Below are positions 38,523 to 53,274 of a stretch of DNA of 64,000 bases, in pieces. The stretch covers positions 90,210,001 through 90,274,000 of the forward strand of contig OZ024747.1 of the NCBI GenBank assembly GCA_964016885.1. Direction: 5' to 3'. The translations under genes were made by a program, and so were the position numbers. The notes under the pieces are model-generated. The model ran no database searches. It was given only the letters and a program-made list of their open reading frames with translations, and was not told the origin of the DNA. Source of the DNA: Eledone cirrhosa. Lineage: Eukaryota. Each line of letters opens with the position of its first letter. Position 1 is the first letter of the stretch.

Positions 38523-39696
38523 TTAGGGACCAGGACACCAAAAGTACCTTTCTTCCTTTCGAGGTCGATAAAAAAAGGTACCAGTCTACTACTGGGGGTC
38601 AACTCTTCCTTTCTCTAGAAGAGATCTGCTCTACTCAGGCTTGAAGAGGGATGGGCTCTGCCAGGCTTAAAATCCCCAAGAAACACTGTATGTCAATATG
38701 GCACCCCTACGACTCTATCAGAAGTTATGGAACATACCAAAAATATGAAATCTCAAAGTAAGGCACTTGAAGGTGGCCTAACCATGACATTTTTCAGCTT
38801 GCTTATTCTGAATAAAATTAATACTGCATTGGACAGTATACAGAGGATTGAACAAGGTTTCAAACTTATCTACATATTTTGTAACATTAACACATTATCT
38901 TAAACATGCCTCAGAAAGTAGTTTTACTCTCTGTGATATAAATTAGATTGCGAATATGTTACTGGCAAAAAATACTCTTATTAATAAATATTTTGAATGA
39001 ATTACAACAATTTGACACAAAATGGACAAAACATAGATATTTCACTCCTAAATTATACCCAAATATACATCACTCATACTAAAAAGCATATCAATTTTGA
39101 TTTAATTCTCAACCATCACATTCCTAGAAAATTTAACACCCTAAACCTGATATTCATGTAACTGCTCATATGTATATATTTATATATATTCATATTATCC
39201 TATCACCACATGAATAAAGGTTTAACTTCTATGTAAAAGATCAGAATAGAATGTACCACTATATTTGAGAGATTTTGAAACTTATTGAAATTTTGTAAAA
39301 ATAAAGTCATTATATTAACGTAATTATAAGCTTGATAAGACAAAAGATACAAGATGCATTAATCATATATTTCGCCTAATCCAGTATTTTATTCATTTTT
39401 TCATATACCTTTCCAATGTTTTCACATGACATTCATTATCAGTATTAATGTGAAAGCCATCAATATATATTTTAATTTTACTTGCAATTTATTTAAAGTT
39501 CTTAATACCCAAATAATAATATATCTTATCATTTTTAGTTTTGAATTTGATATAATTCTTAATTTAATATTTTATTAATATCATTATAATAACATTTCTT
39601 ATCTTTAATATAACTAAACATAAAGATAATAATGCATACATAACATACCTATATATGTATTATGTGTGTGTGTGTATACATACATATATATTATAA

Positions 39697-39766
<70 letters not shown>

Positions 39767-39856
39767 TGTATATATATATTTATAAATATATTTATACATA
39801 TATATATATATATTTATTTATATATTTTTTGGTCATATCCGATGATTTCGTTTCAG

Positions 39857-39895
<39 letters not shown>

Positions 39896-40549
39896 CATGT
39901 ATATGTATATCATTTATATACATATTATATAAATGACAAGCTCTGAAGCTGTTTAAAATATAGAAAAGAAAACACACTAACCACCAACAGCGATTAATTG
40001 ACAAGATTTATTATATCAGCCTATCCTTTTTATGTATTTATTCACACCCTTTTCTTTTCTGCAGACCAAATAATCAGATGTTGGGTGTTACATATATATT
40101 ATAGTGAGTTGAAGAACTCCAATTAACTCAGATAGATTATCTATACAACTAATAGTAAAAACTCCCTCTAGGGATATTTAATATCTAAAATCAGTATGAT
40201 AGTTTTTAAAGTTGACAGTCCAAATCTTAATGAGTCCGCAGCAATATTTTTCTCTTTTATTTTAACTATTCTTTATATAATTTTCTCTTTGGTATGTAAC
40301 ATTATTGGTTCATGATTATGTAATATAATGGGATAACAAGACTACTGACATTGTTTTGTTTGTTTGTTTAACTACTGTAGTTTCAGAGATTACAGACTGG
40401 TTACATTTGTGGATTTGATGTAACATCAGCAAAAACTGCAGAAAAACAATAACAAAGGAAACATAGCAGGCTGATTGCTTTCTTTTGAGCACACATTTAA
40501 CTTGTTGATGTCTAAAAACATCTGACTGATAAAATGACAAGTCAGTCAA

Positions 40550-40905
40550 TCATAATGGTGGCCTCCCCACAGCCCCGGCGAACAGAATAGAGAAAGCGTT
40601 TTCCCAGAGGACAGCAAGGGAGACACGCTGGAAAAGCCATTCCAGCTCGCGAGGCTCACACTCATGGCTGGCCAGCTCAGTGCCTATGGTGGTGAGTAGG
40701 GAGGTAGCCCTAGGACCGAGGACACCAGAAGTCTCCACTGCCAAGGGTACAACTGCAAACCTGTCAGAGAGCGACCAGCATTTGAAGAGTTTGGCCTCCT
40801 CAGCCCGACGTGCAGCAGAACCTGGGTTAGTTGCAGACTGCACCAGGTTGCGGCTGGAGAAAGTGTTGATGCGAGTGGCATCCCAGACGAGAGAATTGCC
40901 AAGAC
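40550..40905 (-). mobile_element. CRE-like non-LTR element, restriction-like endonuclease 3' fragment
   Basis: LVWDATRINTF...AARRAEEAKLFK...PLAVETSGVLGP...LFQRVSLAVLWENA; a GC-rich island in AT-rich background. Confidence 0.8.
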
Positions 40906-41494
40906 ACAAAAGAGATCTTTATAAAGAGAATCAAATTGAAGAAGGACATTCTAGAGGTGGACAAATCAATGAGCATGTTTTTTTATTTGAGATTTTAAAT
41001 GTGAAATTTACTGGATCTAAGAGTTTTGTCATTAATTTTTATCAATTTCTAAGGGATAAAAGGCAGACATGGCCTTGGCAGAACTTGAACTCAGAAGGCA
41101 CAAAGAACCGGTATGAATATAGCAAAATATTTTAGCCTACATTTTAACGACTCTACGCATTTGTCACTTTACACATTCATATAAGCATACACATATTTAT
41201 AAAAACATGAGAAGGAGACACTCTTAGAAATATATATATACACTTACATATATGTACAGGCTAACATATAGATATATTCAGACATACATGTATATACATA
41301 CATATATATATAGTGCATCCATTAATGTAGACTTTAGGTTTTCTCAAGAACCCTCAGAAATTGGTCTTTTTCTATTTCATTGAGTTCTTTACTAAAGTTT
41401 GCATGAAAAAATATTCTCATTATATATATCTTGTATTAATTCTTATTACTCATATACATATAGTATAATATATATATATATGTACACCCATATG

Positions 41495-41547
<53 letters not shown>

Positions 41548-42417
41548 TCACTCACTCACTCACACACACATATGTATAAGCATGTATATTTTTGTGTAAA
41601 ACTTTTTATATGTCTGTCTTTTATTTATGCACTTGTATGTCTGTAAGTGCGGATAGATTTTTCTGTCTTTCTATATTTTTTCCATCTTCTATTCCTTGAA
41701 ATATCAATAGTTCTTCTTTGGTTTCCATTTTTAGAAGACAGTTCTTAGTAGAACGGTTTTGTAGTAAAAAAAAGCATTCTTCTTCAAGGCTGGTAATATA
41801 AATATTTAGAAACTCTAAGAGTCTGTTCCGCATGATTATCAACCTTACAATAAATCTTGTTGAGAAGACGCCACTTACAAGTCATTACCTTGCCTGCTTT
41901 TGTAAACATCAAAACTACTTTGTCATCCTCTATCTTTCTCTGGCTATCTCTTGAAAGAAAATATATTTGTGATAAAAATGCTCAGGTGATAGTTTTCATC
42001 TTATTAGATCACAGATATCGGCAAGGTATTTTCCCTCACCTCTAATTGTTATCCTCTATTTAAAATATACAAGTGGATGTAAGTAAGAGACATCTAGTGA
42101 CAAAACAAAAAATTGAGTTGGGATATTTAACCCTTTAGCATTTAAGCCGGCCATATCTGGCCAGAATTCTCTCACCTCTCTCTGTTCAAACTGGCTGTAA
42201 CCAGCCGCTCATACTGACGTTAAGGTATTGTTCTCAAAATAAATTATATATCAAAATCTCATAGATTCGATATTATGTGAGATAATTGTGAGGTAAAGCC
42301 TTTACAATGAAAATATAGTAGTAAATATAGAGTAATGTAAATGGTAAAGGGTTAATACCCTTCCTTGACTAAACATTGATTTATTTTGTCCTTTATTGAA
42401 TATTTAGGAATATAAAG

Positions 42418-42592
42418 AGGAGGTACATGGCCTAGTAGTTAAGGGTGTTGGACTTATGATCATAATTTTGTGGGTTCGATTCCTGGACTGAGCTGTGTCC
42501 AGGGGGGTTGGGGGTTGTGGCCTACCTCTATTTCTTTTGTTGTAGTGCACCTGAGCACTGTACACAATAATTTTCATTATCATTATTATTTC
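42418..42592 (+). mobile_element. Short tRNA-head element ending in the CR1 3' tail
   Basis: TGGCCTAGTAGTTAAGG...GGTTCGATTCC head, then GTTGTAGTGCACCTGAGCACTGTACACAATAATTT(T)CATTAT, as in the CR1 end at ~55881-55925. Confidence 0.75.
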
Positions 42593-42607
42593 TATTATAA
42601 AGAAAAA

Positions 42608-43432
42608 TGGTGGTATCTGCTCTACAGAACTGATATAGTGTGGCAATATACAGAAGTATTAGGGATGTGTAGGGAACTGATACAGTGTGGTTATGTAGAA
42701 AATTGATATAGTGGGATGATATGAAAAACTGATATAGTGGAGTTACATAGAAAACTGGTATAGTGGGGTTATATAAAAAAACTGATCTAATTGGGTTATG
42801 AAGAAAACTGGTATAGAGGAGTTATGTAGAAAACTGGTATGGTGTTATTATAAAGAAAACTGGCACAGTGGGGTATGAAGAAAACTGATATGGTGTTATT
42901 ATAAAGAAAACTGGTATAGTGGGTTATGTAGAAAACTGGTATGGTGTTATTATAAAGAAAACTGGTATAGTGGTTTATGTAGTAAACTGGTATGGTGTTA
43001 TTATAAAGAAAACTGGGATAGTGGGTTCTGTAGAAAACTGGTAGGGTGTTATAAAGAAAACTGGTATAGTGGGTTATGTAGAAAACTGGTATGGTGTTAT
43101 TATAAGGAAAACTGGTATAGTGGGGTTATATAAAAAAAACTGATCTAATGGGGTTATGAAGAAAACTGGTATAGAGGAGTTATGTAGAAAACTGGTATGG
43201 TGTTATTATAAAGAAAACTGGCACAGTGGGGTATGAAGAAAACTGGTATGGTGTTATTATAAAGAAACTGGTATAGTGGGTTATGTAGAAAACTGGTATA
43301 GTGGGTTATGTAGAAAACTGGTAGGGTGTTATAAAGAAAACTGGTATAGTGGGTTATGTAGAAAACTGGTATGGTGTTATTATAAAGAAAACTGGTATAG
43401 TGGGTTATGTAGAAAACTGGTATGGTGTTATT
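42608..43432. repeat. 25/26-bp minisatellite with higher-order structure
   Basis: Alternating GAAAACTGGTATAGTGGGTTATGTA and GAAAACTGGTATGGTGTTATTATAAA. Decayed units at 42608-42740, 44262-44330 and ~45530-45850. Confidence 0.9.
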
Positions 43433-43495
43433 GGATGGACGTCCTGTGTGAGCTCGACCTTCAAGGTTGTAATCTCCAGAACAGAAGTCATAACA
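43433..43495 (-). mobile_element. Possible mariner transposase scrap
   Basis: DFCSGDYNLEGRAHTGRPS resembles the mariner F.SGD..LED..RSGRP motif; very short. Confidence 0.35.
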
Positions 43496-43904
43496 TGAAC
43501 AGCCAGGAATAAATGATTTAGATAAATCCATGTTGCCTCCCCTTTAACAGCGTAACAAAAGCACTCTATGCAATGGTAACTATTTTATATACACAAACAC
43601 TGAATAAAATCCCTCTTAAAATTATTACATTCATCAGAGACAAACAGACACCCAATGTAACACAAATGGATGCACTCTTCCACATTTGTGTGGGCAGTTT
43701 AATTGCTTCCTCCATTTCAACTATATTTCATGTGTTATGCAACATGGTATTAATAGCTTTACATGTTAATGTAAATATTAAACATGAAAGGCAGTATATA
43801 TTGTGCAAAGTTAACATCAAAATAGTAACTATTTATTGGATTCCATATAATTGATTAGTATTCTTTATGATAAATTAGAAATCATTTACTTTTTTATTTA
43901 GTAA

Positions 43905-45203
43905 TTAATTGTTTCTTCTTTTGGCACAAGGCCAGCAATTATCCCAGTGCATTACTGGTACTTTATTCTATCGACCGCCGTAAGGATGCAAGGCAAAGTT
44001 AACCTCAGTGGGATTTGAACTCAGAACGTAGAGGGCCATAACTCTATGCTGCAAAGCATGGTTGCTGACGCTCTACTGATGCTGCCAATAATAATTGTTT
44101 CTTCTTTTGGCACAAGGCCAGGAATTATCCCAGTGTATTACTGATACTTTATTTTATCGACCCCGTAAGGATGAAAGGCAAAGTTAACCTTGGCAGGATT
44201 TGAACTTTTAGTTTGCATATGTTTGCATTGTCCCCTTTGCCTACTTTTAAGCAGCATTTTTCTGGTAGAGAACTGGTATAGACATGGCATGTGAAGAACT
44301 GGTATAATGGTGCTATGTAGAGAACTTCTATAAATAATTGTTTCTGATTTAGGCACAAGGCCAGCAATTACCCAGTGCATTACTGGTACTTTATTTTATC
44401 GACCCCGTAAGGATGAAAGGCAAAGTCAACCTCGGCAGGATTTGAACTCAGATCGTAAAGGGACGTAACTATGCTGGAAAGCATGGTGTCCGACCCTCTA
44501 CCGATACTGCCAATCCACCAATAAATAATGGTGTCTGATTTAGGCACAAGGCCAACAATTTTAGGGGAGAGGAAAGACGATTAAATCGACCTCAGTGTAT
44601 TACTGGTGCTTTATTTTATCGACCCTGTAAGGATGAAAGGCAAAGCTAACCTCAGCAGGATTTGAACTCAGAATGTAAACTGTCCAACGCTCTACCAATC
44701 CTCCCAATATAAATAATGGTGCTATACAATCATCACTATCATCTGGTGGATTGGCAGTATTGGTAGAGGCTCTGATGCCATGCTTTGACACATAGAGTTA
44801 CAGCTCTTGCCATTCTGAGTTCAAATCCTGCCGAGGTTAACTTTGCCTTTCATCCTTACAGAGTCGATAAAATAAAGCACCAGTAATACATTAGGGGCGA
44901 TTTAATCGACTTTCCTCTCCTTTAAAATTGTTGGCCTTGTGCCTAAATCAGAAACCATTATTTATAGAAGTTCTCTACATAGCACCATTATACCAGTTCT
45001 TCACATGCCATGTCTATACCAGTTCTCTACCAGAAAAATGCTGCTTAAAAGTAGGCAAAGGGGACAACGCAAACATATGCAAACTAAAAGTTCAAATCCT
45101 GCCAAGGTTAACTTTGCCTTTTATCCTTACATGGTCGATAAAATAAAGTACCAGCAATGCACTGGGTAATTGCTGGCCTTGTGCCAAAAGTTGAAACAAT
45201 TAT
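43905..45203. mobile_element. SINE-A cluster (4 minus, 2 plus copies) with an inverted duplication
   Basis: Copies at ~43905-44090, 44091-44206, 44334-44520, 44522-44705 (-) and 44744-44962, 45090-45203 (+). Non-SINE 44207-44333 is the reverse complement of ~44963-45089. Confidence 0.9.
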
Positions 45204-47899
45204 CATCTAATGTCTATTCTCCCTGCTAGCAAGGGTTGAATAGGTCATCACAGACCATGGCAATACTTAATCAGACCTACAGGCCTCTCAGATAGGTTGG
45301 AGGCCACATCTTGCTTACATATGTTCCCATACTCTACCGAGTGCACTGGCACTAGACAGGTTGTTCTGTCTTTGGCACAGCTGAAGAGTCCTCCCGACCC
45401 TTTATTTAGCAAGTTTTCTATGGCTGGATGCCCATCCTATTACTAACTACACAACATAGTGTGTTTATCATGCAGGTCACTAACACTACATATGTTGTCA
45501 GGTTCTTCACACATCATAATGAGTATTACATAGAGAAATATTATAGTGGTGGTATGTACAGAACAAGTATAGTGCTGGTGTGTAAAATACTATTATTGTG
45601 GTGGTATGTTATAGTGGTATCATATAAAAAATTATTACGTTGGTAGAATGCAGAAAACTGGTGTAGTGCTAGTATGTAGAGAACTGATATAGTTGTGTTG
45701 TGTAGAAAATTATCATAATAGTCATATGTAGAAAACTAATGTATGTAATAGTAGTCTGTGGAAAAGTACTGTAGTGGTTTTATGTAGGGAACTGTTATAA
45801 TATTAGTATGTAAAGAACTGGGTTATAACTGGGAGGTAGAGAACTGGTACAAACAACTGATTTAGTCGTTAAGGCAGTTTCTTGTAATGTTTTAGCTCTA
45901 GTTAATATTTTATTATGTAGCTCAGGTTTTAAAATACAGAAAATTAAAATGTGTTAGCCACTGCACCTAATTTTGTTTAACCTTTTTAATACTAAACCCC
46001 ACTTAAGATTTCCTGGATTAAACTATTACTGGTTAAAATAAAATCTTTATCAACATCACATCACAATATGAATGCTATCATGATATTTCAGTTGGTCAAA
46101 ACTGACATTATATATATAAATATATAATGGTTTTTTATATAGGCACAAAGCCAAAATTTTGGGGGAGGGGAAAGTCAATTAAATCGACCCCAGTGCGTGG
46201 CTGGTACTTTATTTCATCGACCCCATAAGGATGAAAGGCAAAGTTAACCTCGGCGGGATTTGAACTTAGATTATAAAGGGTCATACCTCTATGTTGCAAA
46301 GCATGTTATCTGACCATCTAATGGCCAATCCACCACCCTATTTTATATATATAGTTACAGATATTTTACTCAACCCTTCCCAAATCCTGATTATATTGAA
46401 CATTGATTGAAACACACCCACAGGCATGTTACTTGGTAGAAATATACTTACTAAAGAGTTAAAAAGCTAAATGCTGAAAACAGTGTAACAATTATGTTTG
46501 TCTTTTAGACAACAGACATTGCTATGCATTTCTGATTAAAATATTTGTTCTGAATTCAATGTTGAGAGATAAGTAGTATAGAGGATAAAATCACATTACC
46601 TAATATTGTGTAAGTGTTTAAATTTAAAGAAAAGAAACATCAAACATTTCGCTCTTACTAACATGGACAAATGGAATATTAAAACAGTGAAAATAAATTG
46701 CCTTATCACCTATAAATAAACAACTTGTGAATAATTTCTCTTCACATAAACTGTTGTTTTTATTGGCGTTTGGTTTGTCTTTATGTCTTTATCTCCCACT
46801 TCCTGTCTGGAAATCCTTCTCTACTACAATTATAAATCAACATTTCAACTTTTGGCATTTAAATATTTTATGACACTTCTCACCCAACATATTGACATTT
46901 CATGAAAATTTGATATTTTCAATGTTAACATCAATTCTACCATTTTAAGTTTAACATTTTTTTTTTTTTTTTGTATTCATACTATTAAGGGATCTCTTAT
47001 GTGGAATTATTTTTGGAATTTTCATCTTAAAAACAATAACAGTAACCAGTTTTACTAGTTTACCATGCTGGCATAGGTTGGATAGGTCTGCCAGTAAAGA
47101 CTACATAATTATTCATCCTCATATGTTTATACCAATGCTGTCATTATTTCTTCTGCTTTCATTGGTCAATAGTTTTACAATTTCTTATTTATTTGTGCCT
47201 TGCCTTTAATGTAATTTAATTTTGCAAATCTAACAGATCTGAAATAGGCTTGTTACAAATGATGTTAAACACGATTTAATGAATATATAATTGTAAGTAT
47301 GAGAAGTATGAAAGATTCATGAAATTTGATTCCATGCCCATTATTTATGTTTTAATGAAAAGGTTGACAAAAGTAAAGAAAGAAAACGAAAGCATCTGTT
47401 TTTTCTAAAACGAAGTTATTTATTTCACCAGATAATGAATTTAAAACTATTTTCAAATCTTTTGCTAATCCTTGAAAATTAGAAGGTTAACAATAAGAGA
47501 ATCATGACAAATTGATGAAGCAAACTACAGAAATGTTTCGTTTGGATAAATGGTATTAAAAATTGAACAAATAAGCTATGTTTGTGATGGCATGTATTGA
47601 GGCATCTAAAAATAAAAGATAGGAAGATAGGTTAATGATGTGAGTGAAGATAGGTTAATGATGTGCAAGAGTAAGAGAATGTCATGACAGGCTGTCACAA
47701 ACCTACGACCAACAGCTGCTGTCAAAGTCTGCAACCAACTGAAAAGACACAGGCTGGTGGTGCTTACTTTTATACCAGAGAAAAGACCTCCCACTGTTCC
47801 TGATCCTTTGCACCAAAATTAATGAATATTAATATGCCAATGCCTACAATATGAAAGTAACCCTAGTTTCATACAATAACAATTTGGCTAATGTATGAT

Positions 47900-48120
47900 T
47901 TCACAACAGGTCCTACAGAATTAATTTCTCCTCAGTTTCTCCATACTGTACATCCATAATGATGACAATGTCTCAGTGCCTTTCAGCCTCACACTTCATT
48001 TCACATGCTTCATACAATCTGCCTTTTCTATGGAAAAGGAAATTCCTTGTTACTAACACTGATAGAATGTCTCTGAATGTTTTCTATCCACTTTAACTTT
48101 AGCTGCTATACTATCACTAC
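47900..48120 (-). mobile_element. Old RTE LINE fragment
   Basis: Decayed similarity to the 54090-54320 part of the young RTE. Confidence 0.5.
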
Positions 48121-48568
48121 AATCATTCCCAGCAAGAACTGGGCAGTTGGAAACAATACAATCAACCGTAGTAACAGAAACAATTAGAGTGATGGATGGG
48201 CAATATCGGTAGAGTATCAGGCACCATGCTTTGTGGCATAGAGTTATGGTCCTTTACGTTCTGAATTCAAATCCTGCTGAGGTTAGCTTTACTTTTTATC
48301 CTTACAAGGCTGATGAAATAAAGTACCAGTAATGCACTGGGGGTCCGATTTAATCAACTTCCCCTCCCTTAAAATTGCTGGCTTTGTGCCTAAAGTAGAA
48401 ACAATTATATTACTGTTTTAATGTGTTTATATCTATCTAAAAACCTACCGTCATAGTTTTATGTAAGAACTTGTGTTGAGTGATGTTCCAAATATCAGCT
48501 AATTATGAGAATGATAGTTATATTAGTAAATTCATGGAAATTATTTTCAAAATTATTCTCTTTGTTAA

Positions 48569-48699
48569 GCCTGCAAGAGTATGGAATAAATGGACAACTT
48601 CTTGTTGCCCTGATGTCTCTACATGAATGTCTTAGTATTTGTGTTTGGATAAATGGTGCTATATCAAATCCATTCAGTATAGGAGTCAGACTCTGCCAA
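48569..48699 (+). mobile_element. RTE-like RT fragment
   Basis: LQEYGINGQLLVALMSLHECLSICVWINGAISNPFSIGVRLCQ matches L..YG..G.LL..I..LY...V.ING..S..F...GLRQ. Confidence 0.65.
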
Positions 48700-49994
48700 T
48701 ATACTATTGTATTTTCATGGTAAAGGCTTTACCTCACATAATTATCTTACATAATAGCGAATCTATGAGATTTTGATATTATTTATTTTGAGAACAATAC
48801 CATAACATCAGTATGAGTGGCCAGTTATGGCTGGTTTGAACAGAAAGAGGTGAGAGAATTCTGGCCAGCTATGACCAGTTTAAATGCTAAATAAATTAAT
48901 AAATAAATTAATCACTAAGTTGATGTGCAATATTGCTGGCAAGTAGGTGTAGAAATTATCATATTTAAAAAAATTAAATTACTGAGGTTAATGACACCAT
49001 CCATGTGAAAAACAATAGTTAAGCTGGCGTTAAGATATTTAATGGAATGAGAATCAACAATCTAATTAAAATAATTATGCAGTGAATATAATGTATTGTT
49101 TTGATAAGTAGACATGGATATGTGGAACAATCTGTCTGGTTTCTATTATAGGAATAATATTAGTTGCTGAGATTGAAAACTATTAACCAAATGCCAGTGT
49201 TATGTGTCCCATAAATATTAACACTTCTCTATCTAAATATGAATATCATTTAATATCTTTCTCATAAATGTATTTATTGCAAGCAAATTAACGTATTTAC
49301 AATATATTACAATTCATTATACATGCTCATATTTCAAATGTGTTAACATATTACCAAATTTCATATGTGATTAGAATATCTATAATCTATATAATTGTCA
49401 TATATATATATATATATATGAAAAAGAGTCTCAGTATGGTCACTTGACTTGCTAGAAATAATATCCAAATCACAAACTATTGATTGGAATACCACTAATC
49501 ATTAGACTAAGGTACCACCTTAAAAGATTTATTGTCGATCATATCAACCCTGTATTTATTTCACCCTGGTATTTATGTCATTGATTTAGTATTATTATGT
49601 GGCAAAATAAGTACTTCTGATACAACACCAGTTTTAACTGTCAAAATGCACATTCACACACTCACATACACACATGCACATGCACACACACACACATATG
49701 TATATATATATATACAGACATATAATGAATACCTAAGCATAATACATCATATATTTGATGTAAATACAAAATAAATTTACCAAAGGTTTATAAGCCTTGC
49801 TGTGTGAAACTAATACAAATGTGTAACACATTCTGTTATTTATTCTGTGTACACAGAAAAATATGAGATTCCCTATACATGCTTCGTCTTTAATTAGTCA
49901 AACATCAGTAGACAAATACCCGTATCCTGGTCCTAGGTCAGCCCTAGGTATGTTATGTCTAACCCATGCAAGTGTGGGAAAATAGACATTAAAT

Positions 49995-50238
49995 GCTGAT
50001 GATGGTTATGATGATGGTAATGATGATGGCGATGACGGTGATGGTGATGACGGTGACGGTGATGACGGTGACGGTGATGGTGATGGGGGTGGTGGTGATT
50101 ATGATGACGCCGATGGTGATGGGGGTGGTGGTGGTGATGGGGCAGTGATGATGGTGGTAATGATGATGATGATGATGATGGTGGCGGTGATGACGGTGGT
50201 GATGGTGATGATGGGGATGGTGGTGGTGATGATAATAG

Positions 50239-50269
<31 letters not shown>

Positions 50270-50300
50270 GATAAGGAGGAGGAGGAGGGGGAGGAGGGGG
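49995..50300. repeat. (GAT/GGT/GAC)n trinucleotide tract expanded from an RTE-type tail
   Basis: Follows CCCATGCAAGTGTGGGAAAATAGACATTAAA, a variant of the RTE terminal stem-loop. Confidence 0.8.
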
Positions 50301-50594
50301 AAGTCTCCTCCATATAGAAAACATATCTTACATTCATACAAACAGAGTGACTTATATATTTAGAAATGACTGAGACAGACGTTATACACTGATCTTTTAT
50401 ACATATTGACTTATACACACACTCACATATACATTTCTATTATAATGTATACATATTATACATAATATATACACAAGGGCGGTGCCCCAGCATGGCCTCA
50501 GCTGGATGGCTGGAACAGGTAAAAGAGTATATATATATATGCATGCATAAATATATATATATATGCATGCATACATGTATATATATATATATAA

Positions 50595-50654
<60 letters not shown>

Positions 50655-50698
50655 ATATATATGTATGTATATACATATATATATATGTAAACATATAT

Positions 50699-50844
<146 letters not shown>

Positions 50845-50858
50845 ATATATATGTATGT

Positions 50859-50890
<32 letters not shown>

Positions 50891-50934
50891 ATATATATGT
50901 ATGTATATACATATATATATATGTAAACATATAT

Positions 50935-50969
<35 letters not shown>

Positions 50970-51560
50970 AATGAGGTAAATATCTTGCTGAGTACTAAGT
51001 ACACATTGAACAGGTAGATATTTAAATTATTTTTTTATTTATTTAAAGGATTGTTTAATGTTTGTTTGTTCTGCTCATCAATTTTTATAGTTCTGGTATC
51101 TCTAATTAGTACCATAGAACAACAATTGTATTATAGACACCCTATATATCTCTATGGGTACTTAGTACTCAGTGAGATATTTACCCCATTTTTATATATT
51201 CTCCAATCTATGTAGGGAAAAAAATTTGTTGTTGCTTACTGCTATTTTTTTTAGCATCCAAGCCATCAACAAGTCTGTAATATTCCCGCTTGCTCTCGTG
51301 GCCAGGTCACGTATGGGCCACTTTAACGGCCATAACTCATACGAGCTGGTAGTTGGCATTATATTTACGGACCATGGGACATATGTCCTATAGAAAGGAA
51401 ATAGCTATTTGATGAAATCTACTTTCCGTTGGAAATTCTCCGAATTTCCAATCTTTTGTGGATGGAAACCGCCGGTAATAGCATTATGAACAGGTAGATA
51501 TTTAAATCATTTTTTAATTTATTTAAAGGATTGTTTAATGTTTGTTTGTTCTGCTCATCA

Positions 51561-51792
<232 letters not shown>

Positions 51793-51854
51793 AACTTAAT
51801 GACAAGGAATGGTATGCCATCCGGAACCTGTTTATAGAATTCTGTCTGCCCTTG

Positions 51855-51966
<112 letters not shown>

Positions 51967-52389
51967 CAAGGGCAGACAGAATTCTATAAACAGGTTCCGG
52001 ATGGCATACCATTCCTTGTCAATAAGTTTCTCTTAAGCTAACAGATGTCTATAAAATCAGTGGGGGGGCAGTCATGGTCGATAGAATTAAAGAAAAGGGA
52101 GATTCTTTAAAAGCTAAAGTCATTAAGGTTCTACTAAGTGACAAAGGTCTAGAGAATTCTGCAGACAGATTCAAAATACTGAGTGCATATCTTACTATTA
52201 TCTTCGAACTTCTCTTAAACTAATCAACTATATGCCAAAAATCAACAGACACATTCACGAAAAAACAAAAATCACATACTCACTCACACACTTACGCGCA
52301 ACCATAAACACACACACAAACACATATACACACATAAAAACACACACACAAATATAAAAATATATTCATGTACACACACATACATACAC

Positions 52390-52464
<75 letters not shown>

Positions 52465-52901
52465 TATATACACATATATACACACACACATATATATATA
52501 TACACATACACACACACATACACATACATACACACACACACACATATATACACAAATAAATACACTCACACGCATACATACAAACACAAATATACATGTG
52601 TATACATATACACACAAATACATATAGACATATATACATACACATACACAGACACATATACACACACAAATATATATATATATATATAAATATAAATTAG
52701 CGAGAATCGTTTTCAGCTCAGGAATTAACGAAAATCAACGTCCGATATGTGTGGCAAGCGCTCGATGAATCATATGAATCAGAGCTACAACATACGTTAA
52801 GGGCCAAACACACTGAGATGATGGTTAAACATATCATCCGCACAGCCAAAACAAAACGACCAAGTAATTCGGGTCAAACAATAAATAATAAATATATAAT
52901 A

Positions 52902-52941
<40 letters not shown>

Positions 52942-53009
52942 CACACATACACACATACATACATACACACATATATATACACACACATACGTATACACAC
53001 ATATATATA

Positions 53010-53041
<32 letters not shown>

Positions 53042-53061
53042 CACATACACACACATACATG

Positions 53062-53118
<57 letters not shown>

Positions 53119-53220
53119 CCCATACACACACATATATATATACATATACACACACATACACACAAACACACACACACATATATATACACACATATACATA
53201 CATATATATACATTCATATA

Positions 53221-53261
<41 letters not shown>

Positions 53262-53274
53262 ATGTATGTGTGTA

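Noticed and set aside
41620-42050. Coding-like minus-strand sequence
   Set aside because: Multiple stops and no recognisable motif or consistent splice pair.
42740-43531. Repeat proteins (KENWYSGLCRKLVWCYY / NNTIPVFYITHYTSFLY) or CRISPR
   Set aside because: The 51-bp satellite dimer happens to be in frame; indels break the frame elsewhere in the array, and there are no spacers.
49933-50418. Histidine-rich or Ser/Pro-rich protein
   Set aside because: Trinucleotide expansion attached to an RTE-type tail.
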